NCBI RefSeq assembly: GCF_001194135.2
Contig: NC_068984.1
Coordinates: 19,131,109 to 19,195,108 of the forward strand
DNA from: Octopus bimaculoides
Lineage: Eukaryota
DNA: 64,000 bases
Reading direction: 5' to 3'
Under the pieces are notes generated by a model. It was not told the origin of the DNA. It made no database searches and saw only the letters and a list, made by a program, of their open reading frames with translations. The position numbers were made by a program, and so were the translations under genes. Below are positions 27,159 through 38,890 of this stretch, one piece after another (within the stretch, counting starts at the first letter, position 1; each line of letters starts with the position of its first letter).

Positions 27159-27730
27159 CAGGGTGGCCCAAAAGTAGGTTTACAGTTATTCAACTATCTC
27201 TTTCGCATTCATATATTAACAGTTTAGATCTTAATTATAAAAAATAAAAATGAAACCATTATTCAGCAAGATGGAGCACCTCCATATTATGCATTGACAG
27301 TAAGAGACTACTTTAAGCAAGCCTTTCCACAGCATTGGTTTGGAAGATGGGGAAGCATCGAATGGCCACCACATTCACCTGATCTGACACCAATGGATTT
27401 CTTTTTATGGGGTGTTGTAAAGAACAAGGTTTATGAGAAGAATCCCAAAACAGTAAATGAATTAAAAGATTACATTTCTGACACGTTCACTGAAATTGAT
27501 GGAGATTGAAATTTGTACCGCACTGTGTGTCAGAGTGTTCTCAAGAGGTTTGAAGAATGCTGCAAATCTTGAAGGAAGACATTTTGAGCATCTGAGAGAT
27601 TAAACATTGTCTGTTTAAGATGAGCATAAACAATATGATTACAAGATAGAAATTTAAATGTATATAAATGTTTTAAAAGAAATTTAAAGTGCCTACGTGA
27701 TAACTGTAAAACTATTTTGGGGCCATCCTG
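27159..27730 (+). mobile_element. Internally deleted Tc1/mariner-superfamily transposon with TIRs and TA TSD
   Basis: TIRs cagggtggcccaaaagtaggtttacagtta and taactgtaaaactattttggggccatcctg, both flanked by TA. Encodes QQDGAPPYYALTVRDYFKQAFPQHWFGRWGSIEWPPHSPDLTPMDFFLWGVVKNKVY. Confidence 0.93.
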
Positions 27731-28390
27731 TATATATATTTCACTAAAACATTGTGATACTAATAAGCTGGTGTAGAACTCAATATATGTATGCTTCTGA
27801 ATGAAGCATTAGTCAAATACAGAAGCCAAGTACAATATGCCATTTTTGTCATGTTGCCTTAAATAAAATATGTATACTTAACTCAGAATACTGAGTTACT
27901 CCTTCCTTATCACACATCCATCTCATCACTATCATACATATCTCTATCACTCATGCTTATCATTCTGTAAAGAAGAAGTGACAAGAAGCATGGGGTTCTG
28001 AGGTTCTTTTAACTGTGCTGAGGATATAGCTACCCCTTTTGTGCTGGTGTCATGAAAATGTACCCAATATACTCTGAGGTTGTGAGAGTCCTTTAGTCTT
28101 GCTGAGGACATGACACCTCTCTAGTGCTGGTGTAAAAAGAAAAACACCCTGTACAGTAGAAAAAAACAAGTTAAAAATGAAGTGTAAATTAAATGAGGTC
28201 CCTTAGTCCCTCCCTAAAATGCATGATGACTCTTAATAACCCAACTCATGCCAACATGGAAAGTGGATGCAAAATGGTGGTGATGATACATAAATGTGTG
28301 TGTTTGTGTGTGTGAATGTGTATACATAAATCTACAAGTGTGTAAATTCATGTATGTATATGTACACACACACACACAATATATATATAA

Positions 28391-28700
28391 TACCGCCTGA
28401 CTGGCCTTGTAGGGTTTTCGAGCGAGATCGTTGCCAGTGCCCCTGGACTGGCTCTTGTGCGGGTGGCACATAAAAGACACCATTTCGAGCGTGGCCGTTT
28501 TCGTGCAGGTGACACGTAAAAGCACCCACTACACTCTCTGAGTGGTTGGCATTAGGAAGAGCATCCAGCTATAGAAACTCTGCCAAATTAGATTGGAGCC
28601 TGGTGTAGCCATCTGGTTGCACCAGTCCTCAGTCAAATCGTCCAACCCATGCTAGCATGGAAAGCGGACGTTAAACGATGATGATGATGATGATGATGAT
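28391..28700 (+). mobile_element. Young (GAT)n-tailed retroposon copy (VNTR + conserved core + tail)
   Basis: CpG-rich. Core ggttggcattaggaagagcatccagct, 3' end cccatgctagcatggaaagcggacgttaaacgatgatgatg. Near-identical to 60212-60528. Confidence 0.9.
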
Positions 28701-29329
28701 ACATATATATATGTATGTATGTATATTCATAGTTTTTTTTATCTGTCATTTGTAGATGAAGCTATAACAACTTCACATCATAATTTTTTCTGTGCCAAAT
28801 AATATTAGATAGTCGCAAGTCCTTGCTGAACATTTTTATTTCGGAGATTTCCATCTCTTAGATGAATTGTCTTCTGTAGGACTGGTGAGCACCATCTACC
28901 CTTTACTATATTACGGTATTGGATGGTTGTCGACTTTCCTGAGTTCCTCTGCCATTTGACAGTGTGTGTATACAAACACATAAACATATATATTCTTTTA
29001 ATGATAGAACTCTGTTGATAGGATACCAGTGGTTTCATGTAATGTATTCACAATTATTCAGTCATAGTTTGAGTAATAGTGGCAGTTTATGTACCTTGCT
29101 AGATGAGAGTGCTAAAGAGATTTTGTGTAATCATAGATGATACAAAGACAAAGGTACCAGTCAAGTGACTAAAGGGAAGCAATTGATTTGGACTGCAATA
29201 TTGGTTGCTTCCCTTATATTGTTGAGTACCAGTTCTAATTAGGGAGACTTTTGAGAGAGTTAATATATATTTGTATATTATAGAATAACACAATTGACAA
29301 TTTATATATCACTTAAACATTTGTATGTA

Positions 29330-29391
<62 letters not shown>

Positions 29392-29519
29392 CACATATTG
29401 ATGGAATATAATATATTGTACGTTATACACTGGAGTGGAATGCATGTTGTTACTATAATAAAATATTAGTGATGTCCAGGTTGAATGAAAACATCACCTA
29501 TATTTAACCCACCTGAACT

Positions 29520-29920
29520 AAACCTAAAATATGTGGGCAAAGGAAAATGCTCTGGTTCAATCCACCACCAAGTATGAATGTGGCAACACAGATGCTTCCT
29601 TACACTGGTCGATACTGATTTTCTGTGCTTACATAGCTATCAGAAAATATTACACAGAAAAACTGTTTAAGTTGCTTCCCAAAAATAGCAAGAGCAAAGA
29701 AAAAAAAAACTAAGTAACACACCCTGCCATGACTAAGCAACTCCAAATTTCTCTAAGAGAGTTCACTAAGCAACAAATTCCTTAAGCTAACATCTTTGAT
29801 AATGACATATTAGACTCACAATATGAAATTTACAGAGATAGAAGGAAACATAATGCTACATCACTGTCCAAGTTTGTATGGAATATAAAGAAATGGATGT
29901 CTTACTGAAACGATAGTTGA
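29520..29920 (+). mobile_element. Possible Penelope-like GIY-YIG remnant
   Basis: HNATSLSKFVWNIKK resembles the T.LS..(I/V)W.LK motif of some PLE endonucleases. Heavily decayed. Confidence 0.35.
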
Positions 29921-31655
29921 ATATTTTATGTTATCATTCCTTCCTTTAGCTACATGCTGTGACCATGTTAAATGGTTTCTAGATTTAAGGTTAGTCAATT
30001 ATATCAACCACTGTACTTAACTGGTACTTTACACCATTGATCATAGAGGGATGAAAGACAAATTTGACTTTGGAATTTGAATTTTGGGATGTAAAGAGTT
30101 GGAGAAAATACCATAAAACATTTTGTTTGATGCTCTAATGATTCTGCCAAAACTATTGGTATCATGTTAAAAGTGCTTTACAAGTAACAGAAATTATTCA
30201 TCCACTAGTTCAATGTGGAGCATTTATCCTTTTGTTTACACACATACGTGAACTAACTTATCTTTACATTTGAAGTAAAAACCAAGAATAATTTGAGAAT
30301 ATGATTCTACTTAAAATGACAATTATATATACTGTCTTATTTTTAAAATAATTTTACCACTTATTGTGTATCAAATATTTTGGCATCCTTTACTTCCGAT
30401 ATGTTTTCTTGTACTCTGCTCTAAACCCAGTATTTATGTAGGGCAATATAGTTATAATTTTTTCCTAGTCTGTGTAGTTAACAAACTTGCTTCCCAAACA
30501 TTTGTTTTCACATTGAGTCATGTATGGTATATAGGTCAAGTGTCTTCAACTATAGACCTGTGCTGACTAAATTCTTGAAAGTAGATCTAGTAGACAGTAA
30601 TAAGCAGAAACGTATTGTATATGTATATACATAAATGTGTGTGTGTTTCCTTATATAGACATCATAGGATTGTTGTAGATAAGTGTCACCATCATACAAG
30701 GTATGTTGCTTGCTTTCTATCTTCTGTATAAACATATCTGGCTGTGGAGCAATATAACCTCATATAGAAATGGGTGAAGTTTGGTGGCAAGAAGGACATC
30801 TGGTTTATCTGAGCCATGCCAAGTATGGAAAAGTAGATATTAAAAGGTGATGATATTTCTATTGCTTCAAGAAACGAAACTAGTAAAATAGTATTCCTTT
30901 ATATTTAATTACACTCTATATGTAGTATTGAGTACTTTAAAAACATTGTTTTTCTGTTTTTTTTCTAAAACCTTTTATTCTTTATTATTTTAGCGATTTA
31001 ACTCATTGCAATGTGGCTATACTAGGGTATTGCATTCAAGGGCTTAATCCTTTATATGAATCTCATCATTTATTTTTAAGTCTGGTACTTATTTAATCTA
31101 TGTTTGTATGTTTAATAGCTATGTTAGAAGATATAAATATAAATCAGATACACACATGTACATACACACACACACATCTAAAATTTGTAATAATGAAGTC
31201 AAACCAAATAATGATATTTTGAAACCATTTAATACATACATTTCAGATCTGCATAACATGTAATAAGAAATACATTCCCTTAGCCAGTCCTCACTCCATC
31301 TATGCAGATACTCTAACAAGAATTTAGAGTTGTTTGTTGCATTTAACTTGACTTGAAAATTCTGGTAATGTGCATTGCTTTCAAGCAATATAGATGTGAT
31401 TTCATCATGTCGAAGCATTAATCAAGCACATTTTTTTTCTCTCTCTGTTTCTTTTTTTTTCCCATTGTCATTTCTTTTTCCTCTCAATCCTTTTTGCCGA
31501 AGAGTGTAGGCTTGAATCATTGAAGACTTTTCCATTCTCTCTGAGTGTTAAACTAATACACCTGCTTGTTGTTCCTTCACCTGTCTTTGTCTTTTGTTTT
31601 CTGTAAATTTGAACTATAGATAGATAGACAGACAGACAAACAGATAAACAGAGAG

Positions 31656-31719
<64 letters not shown>

Positions 31720-31769
31720 ATGAACAGGCACTCTGTTATGATGACAAGTGTTCCAGTTGAACTGATGAA

Positions 31770-32038
31770 GGGAACAGCCTGCTTCTGTAATTAATGTGCA
31801 AGTGGCTGAACACTCCATAGACTCGCATACCCTTAATGTAGTACTCAGGGAGATTCAGCATGATCTGACAAAGCTGGCCCTTTAAATTAGAGATGCAACT
31901 CACCCTCGCCAGCTGAGTGAACTGGAACAACATGAAATAAAGTGTCTTGCTCAAGGACACAGCACACTGACAGGAATTGAACTCATGACTTTACAATTGT
32001 GAGCTGAATATCCTAACCACTAAAACATGTGCCTTCAC
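31770..32038 (-). mobile_element. SINE with the same tRNA head/central block but a different 3' body; related partial copies near 200-335, 8960-9205 and 16770-16990
   Basis: Shares aacatgaaataaagtgtcttgctcaagg...ggaattgaactcatgac...cctaaccacta with the family above. Confidence 0.7.
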
Positions 32039-34217
32039 GATACACATATATGAGTTTCTGTCGACAAAATTTCACTCATAAGACATTGGTTGACCTGAAA
32101 TCATAGTAGACGGCTGCTGCACAAGATTGCCATATAAGACAGAACCTGAAATTATGTGTTCATGAAGGGAACTTCTTATCCACACAACTATGTCAGTGTG
32201 TATAATTAATTTTACCATGTGTGTATTGTATTACTGTGTGTGTGTTAATACATACATAGATACATGCATACACAAATACACACACATATGCATGGGTGAA
32301 CATTTGTCCTTACCAGAGAACAAAATTCTCTGAAATTTCTTAAATTACTGAGTTTAATGCTGGAGAAGGGAAGTAGAATGATAATATATAAGCATATATA
32401 TTATCATTTAAATAGCAAATGTGATTAATAATGGAGATTTGACTGGTTGCCAAAAAAAACCCACTAGAAATGCATCACACATTCATCTATTCAATTGTCA
32501 TACACACAATGTGTGGTACATTTATTTTTCCACAAGTAAAAAGCATAATACTTTCATGTCTTTAGTATCATACATATAAAACACATGAAAGCATAGAGAG
32601 ATAATTATAATTTTTTTCCATTGTTTGTCCATCTTTTAAACTACAGCAAATTCATTTTGTAGGGAAATAAATGAGCTGGTAACTGGAAATTCCTCAATAA
32701 ATATTGAGGGATACATCAAGTATTCACTAATTTTGATTGTTAGTTTAAAATTGCAAAACACTAATTGAATATTACACTTTTCTGAGAAACTCAGGTCACA
32801 TCCTTCGGAGCCATTGATGTACAAGCTTGTGCGTTCTATAATGGATCAACCGACTTTATTATTGGTAATGTTTATCTCAATATTTGGAATGTGATTTTGC
32901 AATGCATATTTCCAATAATCTAAATATGTATATATATTGCAAGGATTGGATATTAGTTGGAATAAGTAATAATTTTTTATTTGGCTATACCCCTTGTAGT
33001 ATGCTATTTAAAGCTTGTTCACAGTATTTGGCTACCTGATGTCATCACCAGTATGGTTATAAATATCATTGGATTTACTTCAGGAATTCCTTCATGTCTA
33101 TAGAGTTTATAATATATGAGAGAAAGAGAAAAGAAATGGAATTCATGAGATTCTTTATTAATCACTACAATCATTTTGACTCCTTATATTGCAAGGATCT
33201 ATTTTGAAAGTATGATATTTGGTTATGTAATGCACCTAGCACACTCTGTAACTGATGTGGCACCCATCTGTAGAGACTAAGCCAATAATGAAATATATAA
33301 ACAAGATGTGGTCATCCAATTAATTTAGCAGGGTAGAAACACCTAGTAAAAACTGACTCTGGTCATAACAACCTACTCAACCCATGACAGCATGAAAAGG
33401 GTTTGTAAACTGATAATAACAATAATGATAATGATTACAATGATGTGGATGATATATTTGTGTGTGTGTGTGTGTTTGTGTAAGTAAGCATGAATAAAAA
33501 TGCAACCAAAAAATAAAAACAGAAAAACTAGGTAAGATGTTAGCAATAGTGAAAAGCAGTGAAATGAATTACTTGTTTGAAGAAAGGACCTACCTAGTAT
33601 TTCAGAACTTATATCCCTTCTTATGCATACATAGTAATCTTATTTAATGAATTCTATTGGCAGAAATCAAATTCATACATACATGCGCACGTGCGAGCGC
33701 GCATGCGCACACACACACATTTCAGATCTTGACAATAATGTAAGTAGTAGTGTTGTTTTGTATTCAAAAATTTGTATACTTTGATGTAAATAATATAGAT
33801 TTATATATACATACATTTATGATATTTTTGCATATTTAATAATGAAAATATAATTACAGCATTTTTGCAGAATATAATTGTTTGGTTAATTCAATAGTCC
33901 TGAAGACTGCAATTAAACTGAACTAAAAAAAAATATGAGAGATACAATAGGGAGAAAGAGAAGGAAAGAGAGAGAGAAAGAAAGAGAGAGAGAGAACGAC
34001 ACAGAAAATAGAAGTAAGCAAACAAAAAACAGAATCTAGGTAGACGCAGGTTTGCTGTAAGGTGGGTGGAAGGGGATTTGTCTCAGACACTTAATGTTGT
34101 AAGTATGGAATCAATAGAGAAGAAATAAGAAAAAATATTTTTGTAATTTTTATAATCACTTGAAACGATAAGTGATTAAAAATTTTTTTTAGCCTCTAAC
34201 AAAACATATATATATAT

Positions 34218-34710
34218 ATATATATATAATCATCATCATCATCATTATTTAACATCTGCTTTCCATGCTGGCATGGGTTGGATGGTTTGACTGAGGACTG
34301 GCAAGCCAGGGCCCTGCATCAGGCTCCAATCTGATCTAGCAAGGCTTTTACAGCTGGATACCCATCCTAATGCCAACCACTTTGAGAGTGTAGTGGGTGC
34401 GTTTTATGTGCCACCGGCACAATGGCCAGTCAGGTGGCACTGGCATCGACCATGCTCGAATGGTGCTTTTTACATGTCACTGGCATGGGGACCAATCAAG
34501 TGGTGCTGGCATTGACCATGGTGCTTTTTATGTGCCCCCGGCATGGAAGCCAGTCAGGCGGCACTGGCAATGAGCATGCTTGAATGGTGCTTCTTATGTG
34601 CCACCAGCATGGAACCAGTCAGGCAGCACTGGTATCAACCATGCTTATATGGTGCTTTTTATGTGCCACCAGTACAGGAGCCAGTCCAGTGGGACTGGCA
34701 TCGACATATG
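34218..34710 (-). mobile_element. (GAT)n-tailed retroposon with five internal 58-66-bp tandem units
   Basis: (CAT)n then ttaacatctgctttccatgctggcatgggttgg.... Units start with ggtgc at 34396, 34462, 34520, 34586 and 34651. Confidence 0.88.
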
Positions 34711-36380
34711 AATGTTTCATTTTTGCATTTGGCTTGGAAGATTTTTTATGTGAATTCATGCGTTGAAGCAGATTTTGATGTGTCTTGGGAGGGTCATTAT
34801 GTTAGTAATAAACACATGCACTGTTTCTGTTTCACTTCTTTATTATTCAGCAAGTGGTTAATTATTTAAACAACTAAATAATCGATTGTTTGAGTAATCA
34901 TTTGTATTTGTCAAAGTCCTTTTATCACTATTCATGCATGACCTCTTTAATGACACACCCTCTCTTCTTCAGGTTTGCTTCAGATCTAGACCTGGAGATG
35001 AGAAGCATGTCATTGAGACGGTCATGAATAGTGACATAAAGACTTTGACAAACAAAACCAATTGATTGATTATCTGAATGATTAATTAAATAATCAACTA
35101 GTTAGTTGGTTAAATAGTTAACCAACTGATGAATAATAAAGAAGTGAAATAGAAACAGTGCATTCGCATAAGGACTCTCCCAAAATCATCATCATCATTG
35201 TTTAACGTCTGCTTTCCATGTTAGCATGGGTTTGACGATTTGACTGAGGACTGGCGAACCGGATGGCTGCACCAGGCTCCAATCTGATCTGGCGTGGATG
35301 TTTGTATACACTTGTTTTGAGGGACAAAACCACAAAAAAAAAAAAAAATACTCAATACTTCCATTAGAAGTGTCTGGATATCAGTATACATGTATTTATA
35401 TGTAAGATTTTATAGATATAGATAAATAAGATTAGATATCTGAACCATAGTTTCATTCAGTTAGCCATTTGTTCAACTGTACTCATCAGATGATTGTTAA
35501 CTGTATATATCTGCTAATGCATATTCGATTAAAAGGCTGTCTAAAAAAAAACATGCTTCAAACCTATACTTTCTATATGCAGTCCTGTTACTTCCCATAT
35601 CAATAACTTAACTCTCTCTCACACATATATGTACACACACATACACACAAACACGTGTTTGTTTTTATTTGTTGTAGTTATATACAGAAACAATAAAGCA
35701 TTAAATTGAAGGATCAGTCAAAACCTTTTAGTATAGCAACATATTTATTTTATTTTTACAAGGAATGGTTGACAGTCACTTTGATGCTTCAGCTATGTCA
35801 TCTTCACTGGAGTGTAAATTACTTTGGTTTAAAAAGTCCTTTATATAATCATTTGGGGAGTCATCTTGTGAGAAGAATAATGTAGCTGCAATGTAGGTGC
35901 GGTGTAATAGTGTATTTTTGTGGTATATAAAGAAATATCACCCGATAGTAAAGACAAATGTCTTTCCCTTCCATGTGATAAACATTTGCTTTCACCTGCT
36001 TCTTCTCTTATTTTCCTCTCCGCCTTCTTCTCCTCTTCTCTCTAATTTTTTTCCACCTACTCAATTAAACTTTCAATAAAGATATTTCTTTGTGTACCAA
36101 AAAAACTATGATATTATACTACACATATATTGCAGCTACATTGCTCCTTCCATGAAATGAATCCTAAATAATTATATATAGTACTTACAAAATTGAAGTA
36201 ATTTACAGTCTGATGAAGGCCACATCACTGAGATTTTGACGTAATTGCCAACCTTCCCATTGTAAATTAAAATAAAATAAAATAATATATATGAACATAT
36301 ACAATAATGATAAAATGATAAATACCAAGCAAAGCATGGAACGGTTTGTCATTTTTTTTGCATTAAAGATCAATAAAACT

Positions 36381-36440
<60 letters not shown>

Positions 36441-36604
36441 CGAATACACATGTAATGATTTTATAATAAAAAAAATTAGCAAATTTTTATCATGGAACGG
36501 TTTGCTTTTGCTGTATTTAAGACCAATAAAATTTTTCAAAAATTTTAGTATGTGGACATACATACAGACAGTGGAAACATGAGTTAAAACAAATAATATG
36601 TATA

Positions 36605-36610
36605 TTTATT
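36605..36610 (-). terminator. Possible poly(A) signal of the KASH-exon transcript
   Basis: First AATAAA on the minus strand, about 90 nt after the stop. AATAAA is common in AT-rich DNA, and the UTR could be longer. Confidence 0.3.
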
Positions 36611-36696
36611 TGGAAAAAGGCAGCAGGCAAATTAGAATGGACAAGTGAAAAAAAAAAAAAATGTGAATTGTGAAATCAATTATATATGTTTTTTTT

Positions 36697-37309
36697 TTAA
36701 GTTGGAGGAGGTCCGTCTGTGTAATGAAGCATTGATGTTAATGATCGCCGCATATTGTTTGATAGAGCACAACTGTAATCCTCTTGAGTCATTGGCAATA
36801 AAGATGCTAGTCCGAGTAATAAAAGTAAAAGAATTTGCAGTGGCAAAGCTGCACGTACTGCTCTACGACAGAATGAAGAACAACATGTTCCTGGAGATTC
36901 AACACTTTCCTCATCTGGAATTAGGACAGGAGCAAGAGGTTTTATTGAAATGTCAGTTTCATCTTGCAATGTGGTTTTAGCAGCCTTTAATTTCATTGAT
37001 TTTGGAGTTTTGACAAATAGCTGTCTTGCACTTGAAGTTTTCTTCTTCTTCCTTGAAACGACGGATGGACCCGGCATTACTTTTGGTCCTGCTGGTATAA
37101 TTGGAGAAGGCACAGTTTCAGTTGCTGGAGACGATTCTCTACTTGATCTAGAAAGTGTTACAGGGATGATGGGAGGCAATACTCTTGAGCGCATTGATGA
37201 GTCACTTGATTCTGCAACTGGAGATCTGCCACTGTCAGTAGGCTGATTCTCACTTTTTTCAACTTCTTTCTTTATTTCCTCAATTTTGTTTCCATTATAA
37301 GTGTCGCCA
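36697..37309 (-). CDS. SYNE1: Terminal coding exon of a nesprin-1/Msp300-like KASH-domain protein (Ser/Pro-rich linker + TM helix + luminal KASH peptide)
   Basis: Translation ends SFCRRAVRAALPLQILLLLLLGLASLLPMTQEDYSCALSNNMRRSLTSMLHYTDGPPPT*, closely matching the nesprin-1 KASH pattern (RAALPLQLLLLLLIGLACLVPMSEEDYSCALSNN...MLRYTNGPPPL). Strong acceptor ctgtttatcttctttctag|TGGCGAC at 37310-37311, phase 2. Stop TAA at 36697-36699. The N-terminal part of the 295-aa ORF in the track is intron. The symbol means SYNE1-like; orthology was not tested. Confidence 0.93.
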
Positions 37310-37761
37310 CTAGAAAGAAGATAAACAGAACAGAATATTTTATATATGTCATATATGTTTGCTGTGTATGTACACACATACACACACATATATATATATA
37401 CACTCACACATGCATACATATGTACATTCATGCATCCCTCCCTCACACACATATACTGAAAAAGCAATAGAAATAAACTGAGCAAAGAAATATGGATGTT
37501 AAGCAGTAATGTACCAAGAGCACAGAAATAGAGGCAAAGAAAATATAGTGAAGAAAAAAAACTGTTTATAAAATAACTGTTCAATGCTTAAATGAGAGCA
37601 TAACATACTTAGTATGAATAGTATAGAACATGTTAAGTAGACAGAAATAGTACAGACATGCTTTAACTAGATATTGTGACAGACAACTAGAAGATTGTGG
37701 TCTGAACATTGAAAAAGATTACGATTAAGGAGTTGTATTGAATGAAACAGTTAGTAATAAA

Positions 37762-37909
37762 TTATGCAGATTTATTTGCCATTGACATATCTAAGTGGAA
37801 ATGTGGATGACGATTATGTGGATGATGATTATGCGGATGATGATTATGCGGATGATGATTATGCGGATGATGATGATGTGAAAGAGGAGAGGGAGGATGA
37901 TTATTATCA
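37762..37909 (-). CDS. Candidate alternative last exon encoding a 48-aa His/Pro/Asn-rich tail (KASH-less isoform)
   Basis: Acceptor tgatgtatttcaag|TG has the same phase-2 junction as the KASH exon. Reads DNNHPPSPLSHHHHPHNHHPHNHHPHNHHPHNRHPHFHLDMSMANKSA*. AATAAA overlaps the last codons. The AAG acceptor is suboptimal and the core is a 15-bp tandem repeat. Confidence 0.3.
37793..37880. repeat. 15-bp minisatellite (GATGATGATTATGCG)x~5
   Basis: Units gatgacgattatgtg, gatgatgattatgcg x3, gatgatgatgatgtg are directly visible. Confidence 0.9.
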
Positions 37910-37977
37910 CTTGAAATACATCAATTTTAAATTACAAAGCCTGCTGTTTGAGACATATGAGATAGTGTTTTTTTAAA

Positions 37978-38465
37978 AAACTTTTCAGCATTCAGATTAC
38001 TCTGTCAAATGTAATGCTTATTTATTCACATTGTTTTGGATTATTCAAGCATTATTTCGTAGCTTCAAGTTTTCAATGATGTGATTGTGTTTATTTTTAG
38101 GATGGCATTGTATGTTTGTGTGAAGGCCAGATCTGGCTAGTTTGAACATAAAATAAATAGAATATTTGGGTTGGATATGACCTGTTTAATTACTAAATTG
38201 AAATGTCATTTTCATAATATTAAAGAAAATTTTTCACTTGTTTCTAAGAATGAATTGCATTTAATTTTCTTCTTTGTCATAAAGTTTAAACCTTTAGCTT
38301 TGTTTTGAATTAATCATGCATTATCTTGTAACTTCAAGATTTTGATGACATGATTGTTTATCTTTAGAATGACATTGTGGAGTTAGTGTGAGAGGCTGGA
38401 TCTGGCCAGTTTAAATATAAAACAGGTAGAATATTTGGGCTGAATGTCTGATTTAAATGCTTTCC
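37978..38465. mobile_element. Two more degenerate copies of the same MITE (~37978-38210 and ~38285-38465)
   Basis: Share agcattcagattactctgtcaaatg, atttttagaatgacattgt and ccagatctggc with 53394-53586. Confidence 0.72.
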
Positions 38466-38505
38466 AAGTCATCTCTGATCTTGCAAATCTATGAAAAAAA
38501 AAACA

Positions 38506-38890
38506 TATGGGGTCTGATCAAAAAGTATTGGGACTGGTGCTATAAAAAGAAAACTAAAAACTCCAATTTGGCATTTAATCTCCTTCAAAGTAGTCCTCTT
38601 CTGAAGTCACACACTTTATCTAGCATTGTTTCGATTGATGAAAGCATTCTTGGAACTCATTTTTGGGGATAATGAGTAGCTGTCTTATTGCATTCTCTTA
38701 GATTTTCTCAACATCTTGAAATCATGTTGGAGTTTTCCACTGCAAGGACTGAACCTTGGTTTTGGGATCATAGTCATAAACCCACAATTTGTTACTTGTT
38801 ATGATAATTTTCAAAAGGTTTTTGTCTTCCTCAACACAATCAAAGAGATCCTGTGCAGCTGAAGCTTAATCTCCTTTTTGAAATGACCAC
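38506..38890 (-). mobile_element. mariner transposase remnant with one TIR
   Basis: TIR-like tatggggtctgatcaaaaagtattgggactgg. Minus frames give KIIITSNKLWVYDYDPKTKVQSLQW (ITGDE.WV..YDPETK.QS.QW motif) and IPKNEFQECF...KCV...DYFEGD*. Confidence 0.85.

Noticed and set aside
33684-33715. CACGTG palindrome and GCGCATGCGC (E-box/NRF1-like)
   Set aside because: It is embedded in a CA/CG microsatellite with no promoter context, and similar strings recur at ~16210 and ~23910.
34396-34710. ~60-bp tandem repeats resembling a CRISPR array
   Set aside because: There are no unique spacers, the units are degenerate and internal to a retroposon, the DNA is eukaryotic and no cas genes are present.
36209-36250. 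CTGATGA motifs at ~9247, ~11230, ~17805 (-), ~31764 and ~36210 as hammerhead cores
   Set aside because: None has a stem II followed by GAAA or a matching stem I on the same strand.
37310-37584. N-terminal ~92 aa of the 295-aa ORF (MNSYFINSFF...VYLLSS)
   Set aside because: It translates TG/TA microsatellite and a polypyrimidine tract upstream of a clear acceptor, so it is intron.
37764-37976. Plus-strand ORF with (ADDDY)n acidic repeats
   Set aside because: It is antisense to the gene, has no convincing splice or promoter context, and is explained by the 15-bp minisatellite. The minus-strand reading is the better candidate.
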